DNA of 63,756 nt. Origin: Asterias rubens (taxonomy: Eukaryota). Positions 24,660-36,500 of the stretch are shown here, piece by piece. Numbering within the stretch: the first letter of the stretch is position 1; each line of letters opens with the position of its first letter. The notes beneath the pieces were generated by a model. It searched no databases and was not told the DNA's origin. It saw nothing but the letters and a program-made list of their open reading frames with translations. Both the position numbers and the translations under genes were made by a program. The stretch is from contig NC_047072.1 in the NCBI RefSeq assembly GCF_902459465.1, positions 2,914,001-2,977,756 of the forward strand, in the 5' to 3' direction.

Positions 24660-25251
24660 CACAGTTCTCTGTTTGGGTGACAGAATCTCACGCCACACCG
24701 GCACGTTAATTCGTAGGTTTAATACATTTACTTAGACCTAAAATAAAAAAAATCACATACCGTGAAGCAAAATCATCAAAGCTGAAAGATGAACCAAAGT
24801 TGCCGATGAAAATGTAGTTTTCGCAGTCATTATGATGTAGAGTTTTCTCTCTGCGTCATGAAAATAACAAAACATACCTGTTCAGCTTCACTTTATACTG
24901 AACGAGTCCAACTCACTTACAGTATCCTTACACCCACAAGAAATAGATCCTATTGTATAACTGACATACAGACCCTTGTCATTTGATTGGTGGAACTTAC
25001 TTCACGTGACATTCACTTGTATTCCCATCCGCACCGGCGATCAAAAGACCTATTCGCCCATGGGGAATAGCATTTCCCACTCAACAGTTAGGATCATCCT
25101 TGTTCCCAATGTTTTTGAGCAGTACAGCGCCGCCGCGCCGCTGCTAAAACAAAGGAGTACCTGAAAAATATGACTTTTGGTTGTCAGTAATTTGTGTGAT
25201 TTTTCATAATGTTATACTTTTGAAATACATCAAAATGACAAGGATCTGTAT

Positions 25252-25422
25252 GTCAGTTATATAAAACAAATATTGAGTGGCTTTTATTCGTGGAATGGAA
25301 GGAATATTATCGCTCGGTAAAATTATTGCCTCGTGAAATGGAACAGTCCAAATTTTACCTTGCGATAATATTCCTTCCATTTGCACTCTGAGCCACTCAA
25401 TATTTGTATACTATATATTGAC
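25252..25422. repeat. ~170-bp imperfect palindrome (hairpin MITE)
   Basis: ACAAATATTGAGTGGCT..ATGGAAGGAATATTATCGC..GGTAAAATT / AATTTTACC..GCGATAATATTCCTTCCAT..AGCCACTCAATATTTGT. Confidence 0.8.
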
Positions 25423-26235
25423 CTTCGCGTGAATGCTATAAGCATAGTTCAGTCAGTTAGTCTTGTATTTTTGAATGATCTCTTCTGGGAGTGTTTATAT
25501 AAAAGCTTATAAACGAGCCATGGTTTTAATGGGTGCTTCTTTTACCTCGCCCGTTCTGTTCCATCAGGTTTTCAAATGCCTACTGATCACGTGGCTATTA
25601 AGGGGCAGTGTCGTCATGATCTAAGCAGGCCTGTGGCTGTGCATGAACTATAAATCCAGCCTTTGCATATGACGCAACACTCTCAAACAGCCCTGCCCCC
25701 CCCCCTCATTTCCACTCATTTTCCACTCCCCCCTGCATTTGCATCATCAACACCTTTCACCCTCGAGTCATTATTGGTGATAATCGCTTCACCATGAGTC
25801 TATCAGCAAACAAGAACTCTTTCCAAAATCGTTAAACTTGACAATTATACTTCATCATTTCATTTTAATGGTGATCAAGAGGTTTTGATGGGTCATCTTC
25901 TTTTATTTATTTTTTTTTTTATTTTTTTCCAAGCATACTTTATAGCACATTTTGTCCATAACGATACAATTAAGTCACCTTTGGGAGGTATAAGTCACGT
26001 TGAATTGCTGGCGAGATGACATTGGCCAGCGGGTACCAACCGCATAATTATGGCGTTAGCATTCACAAACGGTCACCATGGAATTTAGAATCTGAACTAA
26101 AATGCGATCTTTGCATAATCAAACCTTTCGCGACATCGAAGAAGTTCAGGAGTTGCCAGGCGAAGTTGTTGTTCTGCAGTTTTATAAGCAGTGTTGAAGA
26201 AGCTTCCTTTTGTTTAATCTTGCCTTCAGGGCATA

Positions 26236-27220
26236 TGCGTCATCAGACCAGCGGGACATATAATTATTCAGTCGAGTGGGTAAATCTGATGTGGTCTCAT
26301 TATATCATAATATGATATAATGAGGTACCGCATCAGGCAAGGTTGTCCTCGGACATTGGTCTCGGCTATTGTTCCTCAAGTGAACCGAACGCATAATTGA
26401 GAGAATCTTCCCGAGAAGCACACAACTCATCAGCAAAACTGAATTGGTTTTTTTTCCGTTCATCAACTCCGATAAATGATTTTAGTCAGAACTCTCAAGA
26501 TTTGTTTCATTTTGTTCATGCATATGTCGGGATACACAAGTAAGGATGGTCTTTGACAATTACCAATGATGTATCATCATTTATTAGCCAAGTCTATGTT
26601 AATCCTGCCTTTTATTTGCAAACTTGTTCGTTTATGCTTTATTTTCCTTTCTATTTTCTTCAAACATGATAACGCTTTCATTTGTCAAAGAGTCGAGATA
26701 ATGTTATCTCATTAAAAGGACGTTGTTATGTAAACTACAAATGAGTGTTTGCTGCCCGATGATTTGTTACTTATCATTAAAGGGTCTATTCTATGTATTT
26801 TTCCCTAACACAAAACACAATGTCCACAGATTTACATTAAAGTCACATATTGAGCCAATGCGTCATCAGACCAGCGGGACGTATACTTATTCAGTCGAGG
26901 GAATGAGACCACATCGGGCAAGATGGTCGTCGGACATGTTGTCCATCATTTTGTTCCTCAAGTAAACATAATACATAATAGAAACGCTTCCCGGGAACCA
27001 AACAACTCATCAACAAGACTGGGTTATTTTTCCGTTCAATTCGGATGACTGATTTAGTCAGAATTTTCTCAGTTTTGATTTTCATTTGATCATGCATATG
27101 CTGCCGGGCTCCACTATGTAGGATAGTCTTTGACAACTAATGATGTACCACATTTATGAGTCAAGTCGATCTTAGTCCTGCCTTTCTTTTGCCAATTTAG
27201 TCGTTAAGGTTTTTATTTTC
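26236..27220. repeat. Diverged tandem duplication, ~623-bp period, each copy containing a decayed MITE A core
   Basis: TGCGTCATCAGACCAGCGGGAC.TATA.TTATTCAGTCGAG at 26236 and 26859. Confidence 0.75.
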
Positions 27221-28499
27221 CATTTATAATGTTATCTCTATGTGAAATTAATTTAGGTCAAAGGTGAAGATGCACGACGGCCGGAGGCCAGTTTCTGGCA
27301 TTATTCACAAGCCTCGAAATGTGACGTCAGATGTTCATGCTAGAGTAGACTGGGTCCCTGTCTTTATCCGCAAACACACAGTCGGGTACTTGCTTGTCAG
27401 AACCAGTGATTTCATTTGATACAATCGTTTCATGGGATAAACGTGCAGTGACTAAAGCTATGTGTTTTGATTGGTCCGAGGTGACGTTTGGCAGCTGCAC
27501 TTGCGGTTGTCTGCAATCTAGGTAAAAGGTACAAATAGACAGGGATTGACCGAGGCTAGATAATAATAATAATAATAATAATTTGTTGCAACGTGGAGGT
27601 ATAACGAAGCAAACTCCCACAAATGACGCCAGCGGCATTGTCCTCTGACGCGCCGTCAACGGCAGAAGTGTTTTTAGTTTTTCAAAACCTTTAGGATGAT
27701 TTTTAATCGATAATTACGAAAAATTCAGAAGTGTACACATGTAAAAGTTACATTAAAGTCTCCTGGAAATGGTATTTTTTCAAAATAAAGCTTTTGTCAC
27801 TAAGACATGTGTTTTGGACTGAGTGGAATGTGAATAAACAAATAACTAAGGTTCTAAAAAATTAGTTCTCATTTTATTTACAAATTTAAGAGTAGGCCCC
27901 TGTGTTTACTCCACGCATTGCAGCCAAAAGTCTGCCTCGATTGACGTCACAAAGGGGGTAGGCGGAGTCAGCCCCAAACAACTTTATCTGTTTTTTAAAC
28001 ATATAAATCGTGAAAAACAATTACTAAAAAATTGTTTTATTGTTCACAAGCATAATATACTCTTATGTTTGAAAGAAAAAAATATATATTTTTAGGTGAC
28101 TATAAAATTGTGAACAAGTGCACTATAAACAAGTTAAAATATCATTTTCGTTGAAAACATTCCGCTCAGGTAGCTGTTTAAGAATAATAGCACGTCCTTA
28201 AAATGTACACAGTGTGTCATGCAGGTTGTTTTTCTTCTCACATTGCTTGTAAATGCTCCAACAAGTTTGACCTTGTTGTAGACAAGGCACTTTTTTCAGA
28301 TATCAAATCGGTGACTTTTTCACAACATTAATTTCAGCAAACTTAGTTGACCATAATGATTTGACTGCCCTTACAGGATGCACCTCACTAAAGATTATAT
28401 CACGCAAGATTATACAATAAGCATGCAGCTTCTTCAACACTTCTTGTCAAAACTGCAGGAAAAAAACTTCGCCTGGCAACTCCTGAACTTCTTCGATGA

Positions 28500-29515
28500 A
28501 TAATAGATAAGAGGATTTGTCTAACTCATTGATATACATAGAAAATATTAAAGGACCGCGAATTGATCCTTGTGGGACACCGTGGGAAATTCCCACAGGA
28601 GAGGAGACACAACCATATAGGGACACGTTGCCTTAGGTCTGGCGAGTTGGTCTTTGAAAAGCATTTGAAACCGTTTGTTATGAAATGCGTAAAAAAAAAT
28701 TAGAAAGATGATATGTTAAAAGTAGAAAATTATAATGATCCAATGGAAGTGTCGTGGAAGAGCACCGAATTCAAACTCTAGTGTTTCTGATCAGCAGAGT
28801 GTGGGTTAGAATCCCAAGCGTGACACTTGTGTTCTTAAGCTTGTGACACTTCACCATTGCTTCATCCTTCGGATGGGACGTTAAGCCGTCTGCCTAATGT
28901 GTTATGTAACGCGTAAAAGAACCCATGAGCACTATCGAAAAGAGAAGGGATCGCCCCGGTGTTCCTGGTCCGATCGGCAGCAAATTGCGCCACAGCATCT
29001 TGTGAAATATTATGGTGCTATCAGAATTAGGTCTCATCATTCAAACGTAGTCCCACATCTTGCAGGAAAATACTGCATGTTACAGCGCCAGGAGTGTCAC
29101 TGTGTGACGGACATGTGCGCTATATAAGAAGCCACAATCATTACTACTAAGATCATACAAAAGCATCGAATATTACTCAAAACACGGCACACCAATTTGT
29201 GAAGTCAAAATTTTGACTCCATAATTAATGGCCGGCCGTGTTAGCAAAGTATAAGAAAAACCGTGCAATTTTGAGGCATTGTGTGGATCATAAATTCTAC
29301 TCGTCCCTAGAATGGAGACAAATTGGAGATGTTTTAGTGAAAGAAAGAGTCCTGGAACATTCGAGTGGTTCACGGGTTAACTCTTTAAAACGTCTCCAAT
29401 TTCCACTGAGGCAATACCTAACACCATACTGAGTCAATGTCAAAAGAATCGGATTAACGGTATCAAATGCCTTGGAGAAATCCAGGAATATCGCAGTGTG
29501 TGAGTAGAATCATTA
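28500..29515 (-). mobile_element. LINE RT fragment interrupted by nested MITE B (~28618-29305) and SINE
   Basis: Minus strand IFLDFSKAFDTVN (~29450-29500) and GISHGVPQGSIRGPLIFSMYINE (~28530-28600). Confidence 0.75.
28749..29155 (+). mobile_element. tRNA-derived SINE
   Basis: GTGTCGTGG..GAGTGTGGGTTAGAATCCC..CGTGACACTTGTG head, shared with the 63322-63671 copy; A-box partly deleted. Confidence 0.75.
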
Positions 29516-29892
29516 ATAAATGTTATCGAGTAATAAGTATGTAGGTATGGGAGGTTGAGTGCTTCTTACGAACTGACTAAGTTTGGAGTCAGATGTGCGG
29601 GTGACGAACAAAACAATTTATTCTACTTTCATCGTTTTGGAGGATTGTTGTACACTAGCGGGATGCCGCGCTTCGCGCGGCAACCGAAGTGTAGCGTTGT
29701 GTACAGGCGACGGTAAAAGTGGCTGGGCAGGGTCACAATACAAATTACTGTGGCAAACCACCCATCCAAAGTTAAGACGAATCTTAGTGCTTTGTGAAAT
29801 CATATATTTGTCCGTATTTTTTCCGTTGCGGGATTGATCACCCCCCCCCCCCCCTTCAGTTTAATATTTTCCTGTCCTATGTCCCATATATA

Positions 29893-30823
29893 TGTGACAA
29901 GTAGAATAATTCACATCCGGGTACTTTTCATTTATTCATACTGACCTTTTTAAATACACCGGTTAGCGCGCCCTCATCGGCCGCAAGACGTCAGAGGGCC
30001 ACTCTTTCCTTTGACGGCGGAGACTTAACATCACATTATTTTCTCCGTCTTCAATTCAGGTAATTAGCATTCTATTTTCCATCCATTCTCCCCTAGATTT
30101 CATATAAATTCCTCTTGTATAAATTATTCGTAGAGTTTAGCCTATTTTATGACATGTTTCTTTTTGACAAGAGAACGGTTTTCTAGAGTTAATTTACTTA
30201 GTGTTTAGTCGGGAAAGGAAACTCCCGTTATAGATATATTTCTTTTGGATTTGAATATCCTCAAGTCTCCTCTCTTAGATTTTGTTTCTAGTTCTGCATT
30301 ACTAGAGATCTAAAGTAATGCTGTACTTGTTTTCTGATTTAATGATGTAAATATTGCTGATTTTGCGGAGTTATCCTCTAATTTTGGTACAATTCCAAGA
30401 TGGCGGACGCCATTAAACTTTTGGCGGGAACTTTAATTATATTATTTAGTTTGCCGTTATTTATGCTTTTCTGTTTGCCATCCATTTCCAATCTTTGGCA
30501 AATCGTTTATTATAGATAGTCTTTATCCAAGTTCACGGATTATTTCATTTATTTGTTTATTCTAAAATACATAATTTCTAGGCTGGAAAACAGCAACACT
30601 CTCGCGTCTTTTAAGGATTTCCTAATTAATTGTAAATAGTATTTGTGACTGTAAGTTTTATTCTAAATGTTCTATTTAAAGTATGTTTATTTAATTAGAC
30701 TCTTTCCTTTGACGTCGGAGACTTAACATCACATTATTTTCTCCGTCTTCAATTCAGATATAAATAAAAGTCTGGAACAGCGAAGATTGTGTCCCACAGG
30801 ATCCTTTATTTAAGCCGGTCACA
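29893..30823 (+). repeat. 5' LTR (931 bp)
   Basis: TGTGACAAG...CCGGTCACA; by eye differs from the 3' LTR only by one T indel near 30552. Confidence 0.95.
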
Positions 30824-30825
30824 AA

Positions 30826-30836
30826 TGGTGGAGAAT
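30826..30836 (+). promoter_or_regulatory. Primer binding site, probably tRNA-Ala
   Basis: TGGTGGAGAAT 2 nt after the LTR; complementary to the ...ATTCTCCACCA 3' end of eukaryotic tRNA-Ala (recalled). Confidence 0.75.
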
Positions 30837-32070
30837 CCGGTCTGCGGAAACTACACTTACATCTTCGCTGCAAGAAATCCACTTCACTGATGAGCTGTAT
30901 AGACTTCAACAAGAATCTACTGGTCCTACCCATGGTTTGACACCCTACCCATGGTTGGACATCTTTGGCCATGGTTGGACATATTCGCTACCCACCCCCA
31001 CCGGACAACAGACGCTGAAGAAACCTTGATCGTCGTGTGCACCGTCGTTTGAGGCCCAGTCTTCACGTCCCTTATTTTGCGGGTAGCTTCCTCCATTGCC
31101 GAGATCCTGAACCCCCCTGATGAAACAGTAGCCCAGCCTTGAACAACTGCTTCCTGAAACTCGGTAGCATTTTCATCACAAGTCAAGAGACATTAACAAT
31201 TGTTCACCGTCGGGTCTTCAACAACGGCCGAAATACCTCTCCATTTATTTTTGAACGACAAGGAAATCGGGACACTAAGATAATCACCGTGACGTCTTTA
31301 AACGATCGGGAAAACCTCACCATAGACTTCTTCGAACAGTAAGGAAAACACTACAATAGGCAATCACCGTCGGTCTTAACAATCCGTCGGAATGCCTCCC
31401 CATGGACTTCTCTCTGAACAATGAGGAAACCTGAACAATCCTACTCAACTGTTTAAAGTTGAAAGGAAAGACTCATGTGCTTGAACGGGTAAATCACTGT
31501 ATTAACAAACAAAACAGGTGTATTTTAAATTCCAGAGTATTTATAGATTCTTTGAAGTTGTATTATTGTGTAATCCCCATGAGTTTAGCTACTGAAGAAT
31601 TTGTGCTTTTGTCAGATCACTTGTTTGCAAAACACTTTCATTGTATAGATTTGCTTTAAGTTCACTCACCTTTGTATTTCTATTGAGTTTGCGTTCCATT
31701 GACAGCTTGCAGCTCCATTATAGTTTTGTTTTTCTAGAACTACGAGAATTTTGGTTGCGAGTCCAAAAAAGTACAAATTTCGGTGTGAAGCATCAAAGTT
31801 TGTCTTGAGCGCCAGAAAGTCAATTGCTGCGTACGATTTTATGCTAGCCCTGGCTTGTGCTGCATAAAATTGGGTGAAGATATATATACGTTTTGTTTTG
31901 CATTTTTTTAATCACCTGCCTTTTTGAATTTGCATATCGTGTTCAATCCAGATGTGTTTTGATTTGCGATGCTAATGGTTGATTTTTGACGCATTTTCAG
32001 AAACTGAATAGCAGTGTGAATTTCTATTGTTGTTTGTAATAACAAATTTCAGGTCAACTTTGTTCTAGTC

Positions 32071-33507
32071 ATGGCAAACGCTAGCGACACTCCTGCTGAA
32101 GAGTACCAGTTTAGGAGCGACCATCCTCCTACATTAACTCCACAACGCCCAATACAGTCTTCCCTCCCTCCACAAAGAACACGTCGACATCCAACCTCGC
32201 TCCCAGAAGAGTTTTTGAGTGATCTGGTTGAACTCCGGAAACGTGTCAGCCAGAATTTTACCGACACATTTCGGCAACAACCACAACTGCAACCACATCA
32301 AAACGCTGTCAGAAGTACTCCCCAACGACACTCTTCTTCATTCATGGAACTACCAAGCACGCCAAAACCACCACTAGTGCAAACACACTACCCATCACAT
32401 GTCAATGATTCTCCTTCAAACCCTGTCAACAGCAGTGGAGCAATGCCAAGACGATATTCTTCTTCCTTCACAAACTTGCCAAGAACGAGACACAATCCTC
32501 CTAGCCCTTCTTCTCACCAACCCAGACGTCTCTCTTCATCTACTTCAAACCAACAATCTCAACATCTCCAGTTGATGCCTTCCCATCAGGTGAAAAACAT
32601 TCCTACCTTCACTGGAAGTGAAAAGAATACATCAGTTGACGATTGGGTGCGAGATGCGGAGTACTTGCTGGACACAACAGCTATTCCAAAAGAGCTTCAG
32701 TTCTCAACAGTTGTGCGGTACCTGGGAGGCGCAGCCAGAAAACTCATCCTGAACCTACCCAAAGAGCTACAGAATCCGACAGATGCGTTTGCTGAGCTCA
32801 AAGCTCAGTTTGGCGACTTATTGTCCGGAGGAGACCCTTTAGCAGAGTTTTACGAGAGAGTCCGCCGCCCAAACGAGTCAGCAAGCATCTATGCTGTTGA
32901 ACTGGAAGCAACCCTACGACTCACAGAGGAGCGCATGTACAGACAAATTTCCCCGCCAGACCGAAACCGAATGCTAACACAGCAGTTCATGAGAGGAGTG
33001 AAAGACGACAAGATACGACAGAGACTCGCCCCAATGAAACCTCGGGACATGGCATTTCGTGAGATGCAAGCAGAACTCCGACTCATAGAACGGGAACACA
33101 GACTGGACTCTGCTCTAACTAACAGACCATCAAGAACCCAAGCACAACCACAAACATCGACATCACCCATCCAATCAGCCTTTCCTTCAGAACAGAAGCC
33201 TCTCCTTCGTGAACAGATAGCTCGACCACATTCTGCTATCAGCCAGAAACCAGAGTATAACCCAGACCTGATGCAAGATGTCATACTTCAAATGCAGCAT
33301 CTGACCCGACAAGTGGACAACTTCACACGACAACGTAGGGCTGTTCAACCCACAGTACAGCCAAACCTTCAGAACCAGAACAACAGAGTGTTTGTGTGCT
33401 ACAAGTGCGGTAATGAAGGCCACATCGCAAGAGGATGTCGTAGCCCCCCTTTAAACGACCAGGGCCAGCGGTCACAGGGCACACCGCCAGAGCCCCGCAA
33501 CCACTAA
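32071..33507 (+). CDS. gag: Gypsy Gag (PNMA-like capsid + CCHC knuckle)
   Basis: 478-aa ORF; PTFTG..VDDWVRDAEYLL capsid-like region; CYKCGNEGHIARGC zinc knuckle. Confidence 0.92.
   Translation: MANASDTPAEEYQFRSDHPPTLTPQRPIQSSLPPQRTRRHPTSLPEEFLSDLVELRKRVSQNFTDTFRQQPQLQPHQNAVRSTPQRHSSSFMELPSTPKPPLVQTHYPSHVNDSPSNPVNSSGAMPRRYSSSFTNLPRTRHNPPSPSSHQPRRLSSSTSNQQSQHLQLMPSHQVKNIPTFTGSEKNTSVDDWVRDAEYLLDTTAIPKELQFSTVVRYLGGAARKLILNLPKELQNPTDAFAELKAQFGDLLSGGDPLAEFYERVRRPNESASIYAVELEATLRLTEERMYRQISPPDRNRMLTQQFMRGVKDDKIRQRLAPMKPRDMAFREMQAELRLIEREHRLDSALTNRPSRTQAQPQTSTSPIQSAFPSEQKPLLREQIARPHSAISQKPEYNPDLMQDVILQMQHLTRQVDNFTRQRRAVQPTVQPNLQNQNNRVFVCYKCGNEGHIARGCRSPPLNDQGQRSQGTPPEPRNH
33450..33495 (+). promoter_or_regulatory. 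-1 programmed ribosomal frameshift signal (T TTA AAC + predicted H-type pseudoknot)
   Basis: Heptamer 33450-33456 in gag frame; pol frame is -1 and open from here; S1 GCGGT(33468-72)/ACCGC(33483-87), S2 GGGC(33477-80)/GCCC(33492-95). Confidence 0.8.
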
Positions 33508-36500
33508 GCCCTTCTGCATCTGTAAAACCTCAACTAGCCCATTTCAAGCCAGAATACCAGAAGCTGATTGGACCACAAAATGAAGAGACAATCAAGATAC
33601 ATGGAACAAAGTGCAGAGCTCTCATCGACTCAGGATCACAGATCACATCCATCACATCCGACTTATGGAAGTCCCACCCGAGCCTTAGAAACCTAGAACT
33701 GACAACAGCTGACGTAATCATAGAAGGAGCAAGTGGATCGGCAGTTCCGTACCTGGGTGTAATTCCTATCACCTTAGAAGCTATGGGGTTCATCTACCAA
33801 GACGTACCTGCATTTGTTGTGCCTACCGATCCCTACAGAGCACAGGTTCCACTCCTTATAGGTACTAACGTGATACGAGCATCCAAGAAAGATCAACAAC
33901 AAGAAAGAGGTCAATCCTTCATGAAACTTGTACAGGAAGAGAGTAAAGCCTGGCACACAGCCTACGTCAATTTATCTTCTTCAAATCAGGACAGCCAAAG
34001 CGGAAAGATGGGATATGCTATGTATACTGGAAGCCACTCCCGATGCATCCCCGCTGGAGAAGAAGTTGATGTCATGTGCCAAGCTCCACCAAATCCAGCA
34101 GGCGGCTCTTACACGGCTATCATCGAAGGTGCCCAAAACAACCGCGCATCTTGTCTGAGAATTGGCTGCACTGTAACTGACATCGGTCCTGACCGTCAAC
34201 TCCCGGTCAGGGTACACAACATCTCTTCCAAACCAATCTCCATCAGAAGAAACTGCAATCTGGCACAAGTTTCGTATGTCCTCGCTGTTGAAGATACGAC
34301 ACCAACTCTTCATCCAACTACCACTCCTCTCCTTCATGGCGGGCCGGCTGGTAGAGTGAACTCCATCTCATCCATTATTTTGGATGAACTGATTCCATCA
34401 CTCGACTTAGCCAGTTCTGCCTTGCAAGATGACATGAACAAGAAGAAGCTCGCTGATCTCCTTCATAAGCATAACAGCATCTTCTCCAAAGACTCTCTAG
34501 ATTTTGGCTGTACATCTACTGTGAAGCACTGCATACCACTCGTCGACAATAGACCAATCAAACTTCCGTACAGACGCATACCACCGAGTCAGTACCAAGC
34601 TGTCAGGGAGCACTTGAAAGGCATGGAGCAGACCGAAGTCATTCGATGAAGCAGCAGCCCGTACGCCTCCCCATTGGTCATTTCGCACAAGAAAGACGGT
34701 TCTCTCAGGATCTGCATCGATTACAGGAAGCTCAACAGCAAGACCATTCTTGACGCCTACCCACTCCCAAGGATAGAAGAAGCCCCCGACGCTCTTGGTA
34801 ACGCCTCTATCTTCACAACCCTTGACTCAACGTCAGGCTACTGGCAAGTAGAAATGGACAAAAAGGACAAAGCAAAGACCGCGTTTACCACTCCGATGGG
34901 TCTCTACGAATGCAACCGCATGCCATTCGGTCTCCAGAACGCTCCTGCTACTTTCCAGCGCCTAATGACGATGTGCCTCGGTGAGCTGAATTACTCAACT
35001 TGTTTGCTCTACCTCGACGACATCATCGTCTTTTCATCCACATTTGACGAGCATATTGAGCGCTTGGATCAGGTCTTCACGTGTCTCCTTCAACATGGAC
35101 TGAAACTCAAGCCTCAAAAGTGCCACTTACTCCAGTCAGAAGTCAAGTATCTGGGACACATCGTCTCTTCGAAAGGTGTGTCCACTGACCCTGAAAAGAT
35201 CGAACAGGTACGGGAATGGCCAACTCCAACCACTCACAAAGAACTACGAAGCTTCCTAGGGTTCACTGGGTACTACCGTCGCTACGTGAACGGCTATGCG
35301 AAGATAGTTGCACCACTGTACAAGCTCACGGCAGGCAACCCGACACGACGAAAAGGAAAACAGGCACCTACCAAACCACCCCCTTATATCTGGACAAAAG
35401 AGACACAAGCATCGTTTGACCAGCTGAAACAAGTGATGATTTCAGCCCCCATCCTCGGTTACGCTGACTACAAGAAGCCTTTTCTTCTTCAAACCGATGC
35501 TTCTGGTGTTGGGCTTGGAGCGGTCCTCAGTCAGATCCAAGATGGACAAGAACGCGTCATAGCCTACGCCAGCAGAGGTTTAAATCCAGCAGAGTCGAGA
35601 TATCCAGCACACAAGCTAGAATTCCTGGCAATGAAATGGGCAGTAACGGATAAGTTTAGAGACTACCTTCTCGGCAGTACTTTCACTGTGTACACCGACA
35701 ACAATCCGTTACTCTACGTCACCACCACAGCTAAGTTGGACGCAACAGGCCAACGGTGGGTTGCTGCCCTTTCTCAGTTCTCCTTCACTGTGAAGTATAA
35801 ACCTGGTAAGAACAACGCAGTCGCAGATGCTCTCTCCAGAAAACAACACCCAGTTCCATACTCTACGTCAGTCTCCTTCACAACACAACCTGCTGATGAT
35901 GTCCCAAAACCCCTCTCCTTCACAACAGAGATTCCAACCGATGTGGTCAATGCCATATGTACTGGTCACCCCAATACAGGCCAACTCTTCATAGAGCCCG
36001 CAAACTGTCAAGTCACAACCAGAGGACAGGCAAAGCTTCTCAATCCCAAACCAGTAACCAATGAGACAGACGAAATGCCAAGGCTAACTACCAAGCAAAT
36101 TGCCCTTGCACAACGTGATGATCCAGATATATCACGAGTCCTATTCTTCCTCGAACACGGTCAGAAACCAAATCAACAACAGCGAAGCAGAGAGACAACT
36201 GAATGTAAGATCTACTTCAGACAGTGGGACAAGCTAAGTCTTAAAGAAAACATCCTCTACAGAGTTCGTAAGACAACCGACGACACACTCTCACACCAAC
36301 TTCTCCTTCCTAAGTGTTACCGAGCAACAGCCATGTCCGGTCTACACGATGACATTGGCCATCTGGGTTTTGAACGAACGCTAGATATGATCCGTAACAG
36401 GTTCTTCTGGCCCAGAATGGCTAAAGATGTCAAAGACTGGTGTGTGAAGTGTAAACGTTGTTGTCTTCGAAAAACATCTCCTTCAAAAGTCAAAGCTCCA

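Noticed and set aside
32071-33507. Domesticated PNMA/Arc-like host gene
   Set aside because: It sits between two near-identical LTRs with PBS, frameshift site and pol; it is ordinary gag.
34647-34649. Programmed stop-codon readthrough in pol
   Set aside because: The TGA falls inside the conserved RT N-terminal motif (IR.SSSP), its context (TGA-A) is not a typical readthrough context, and gag-pol is already joined by a -1 frameshift.
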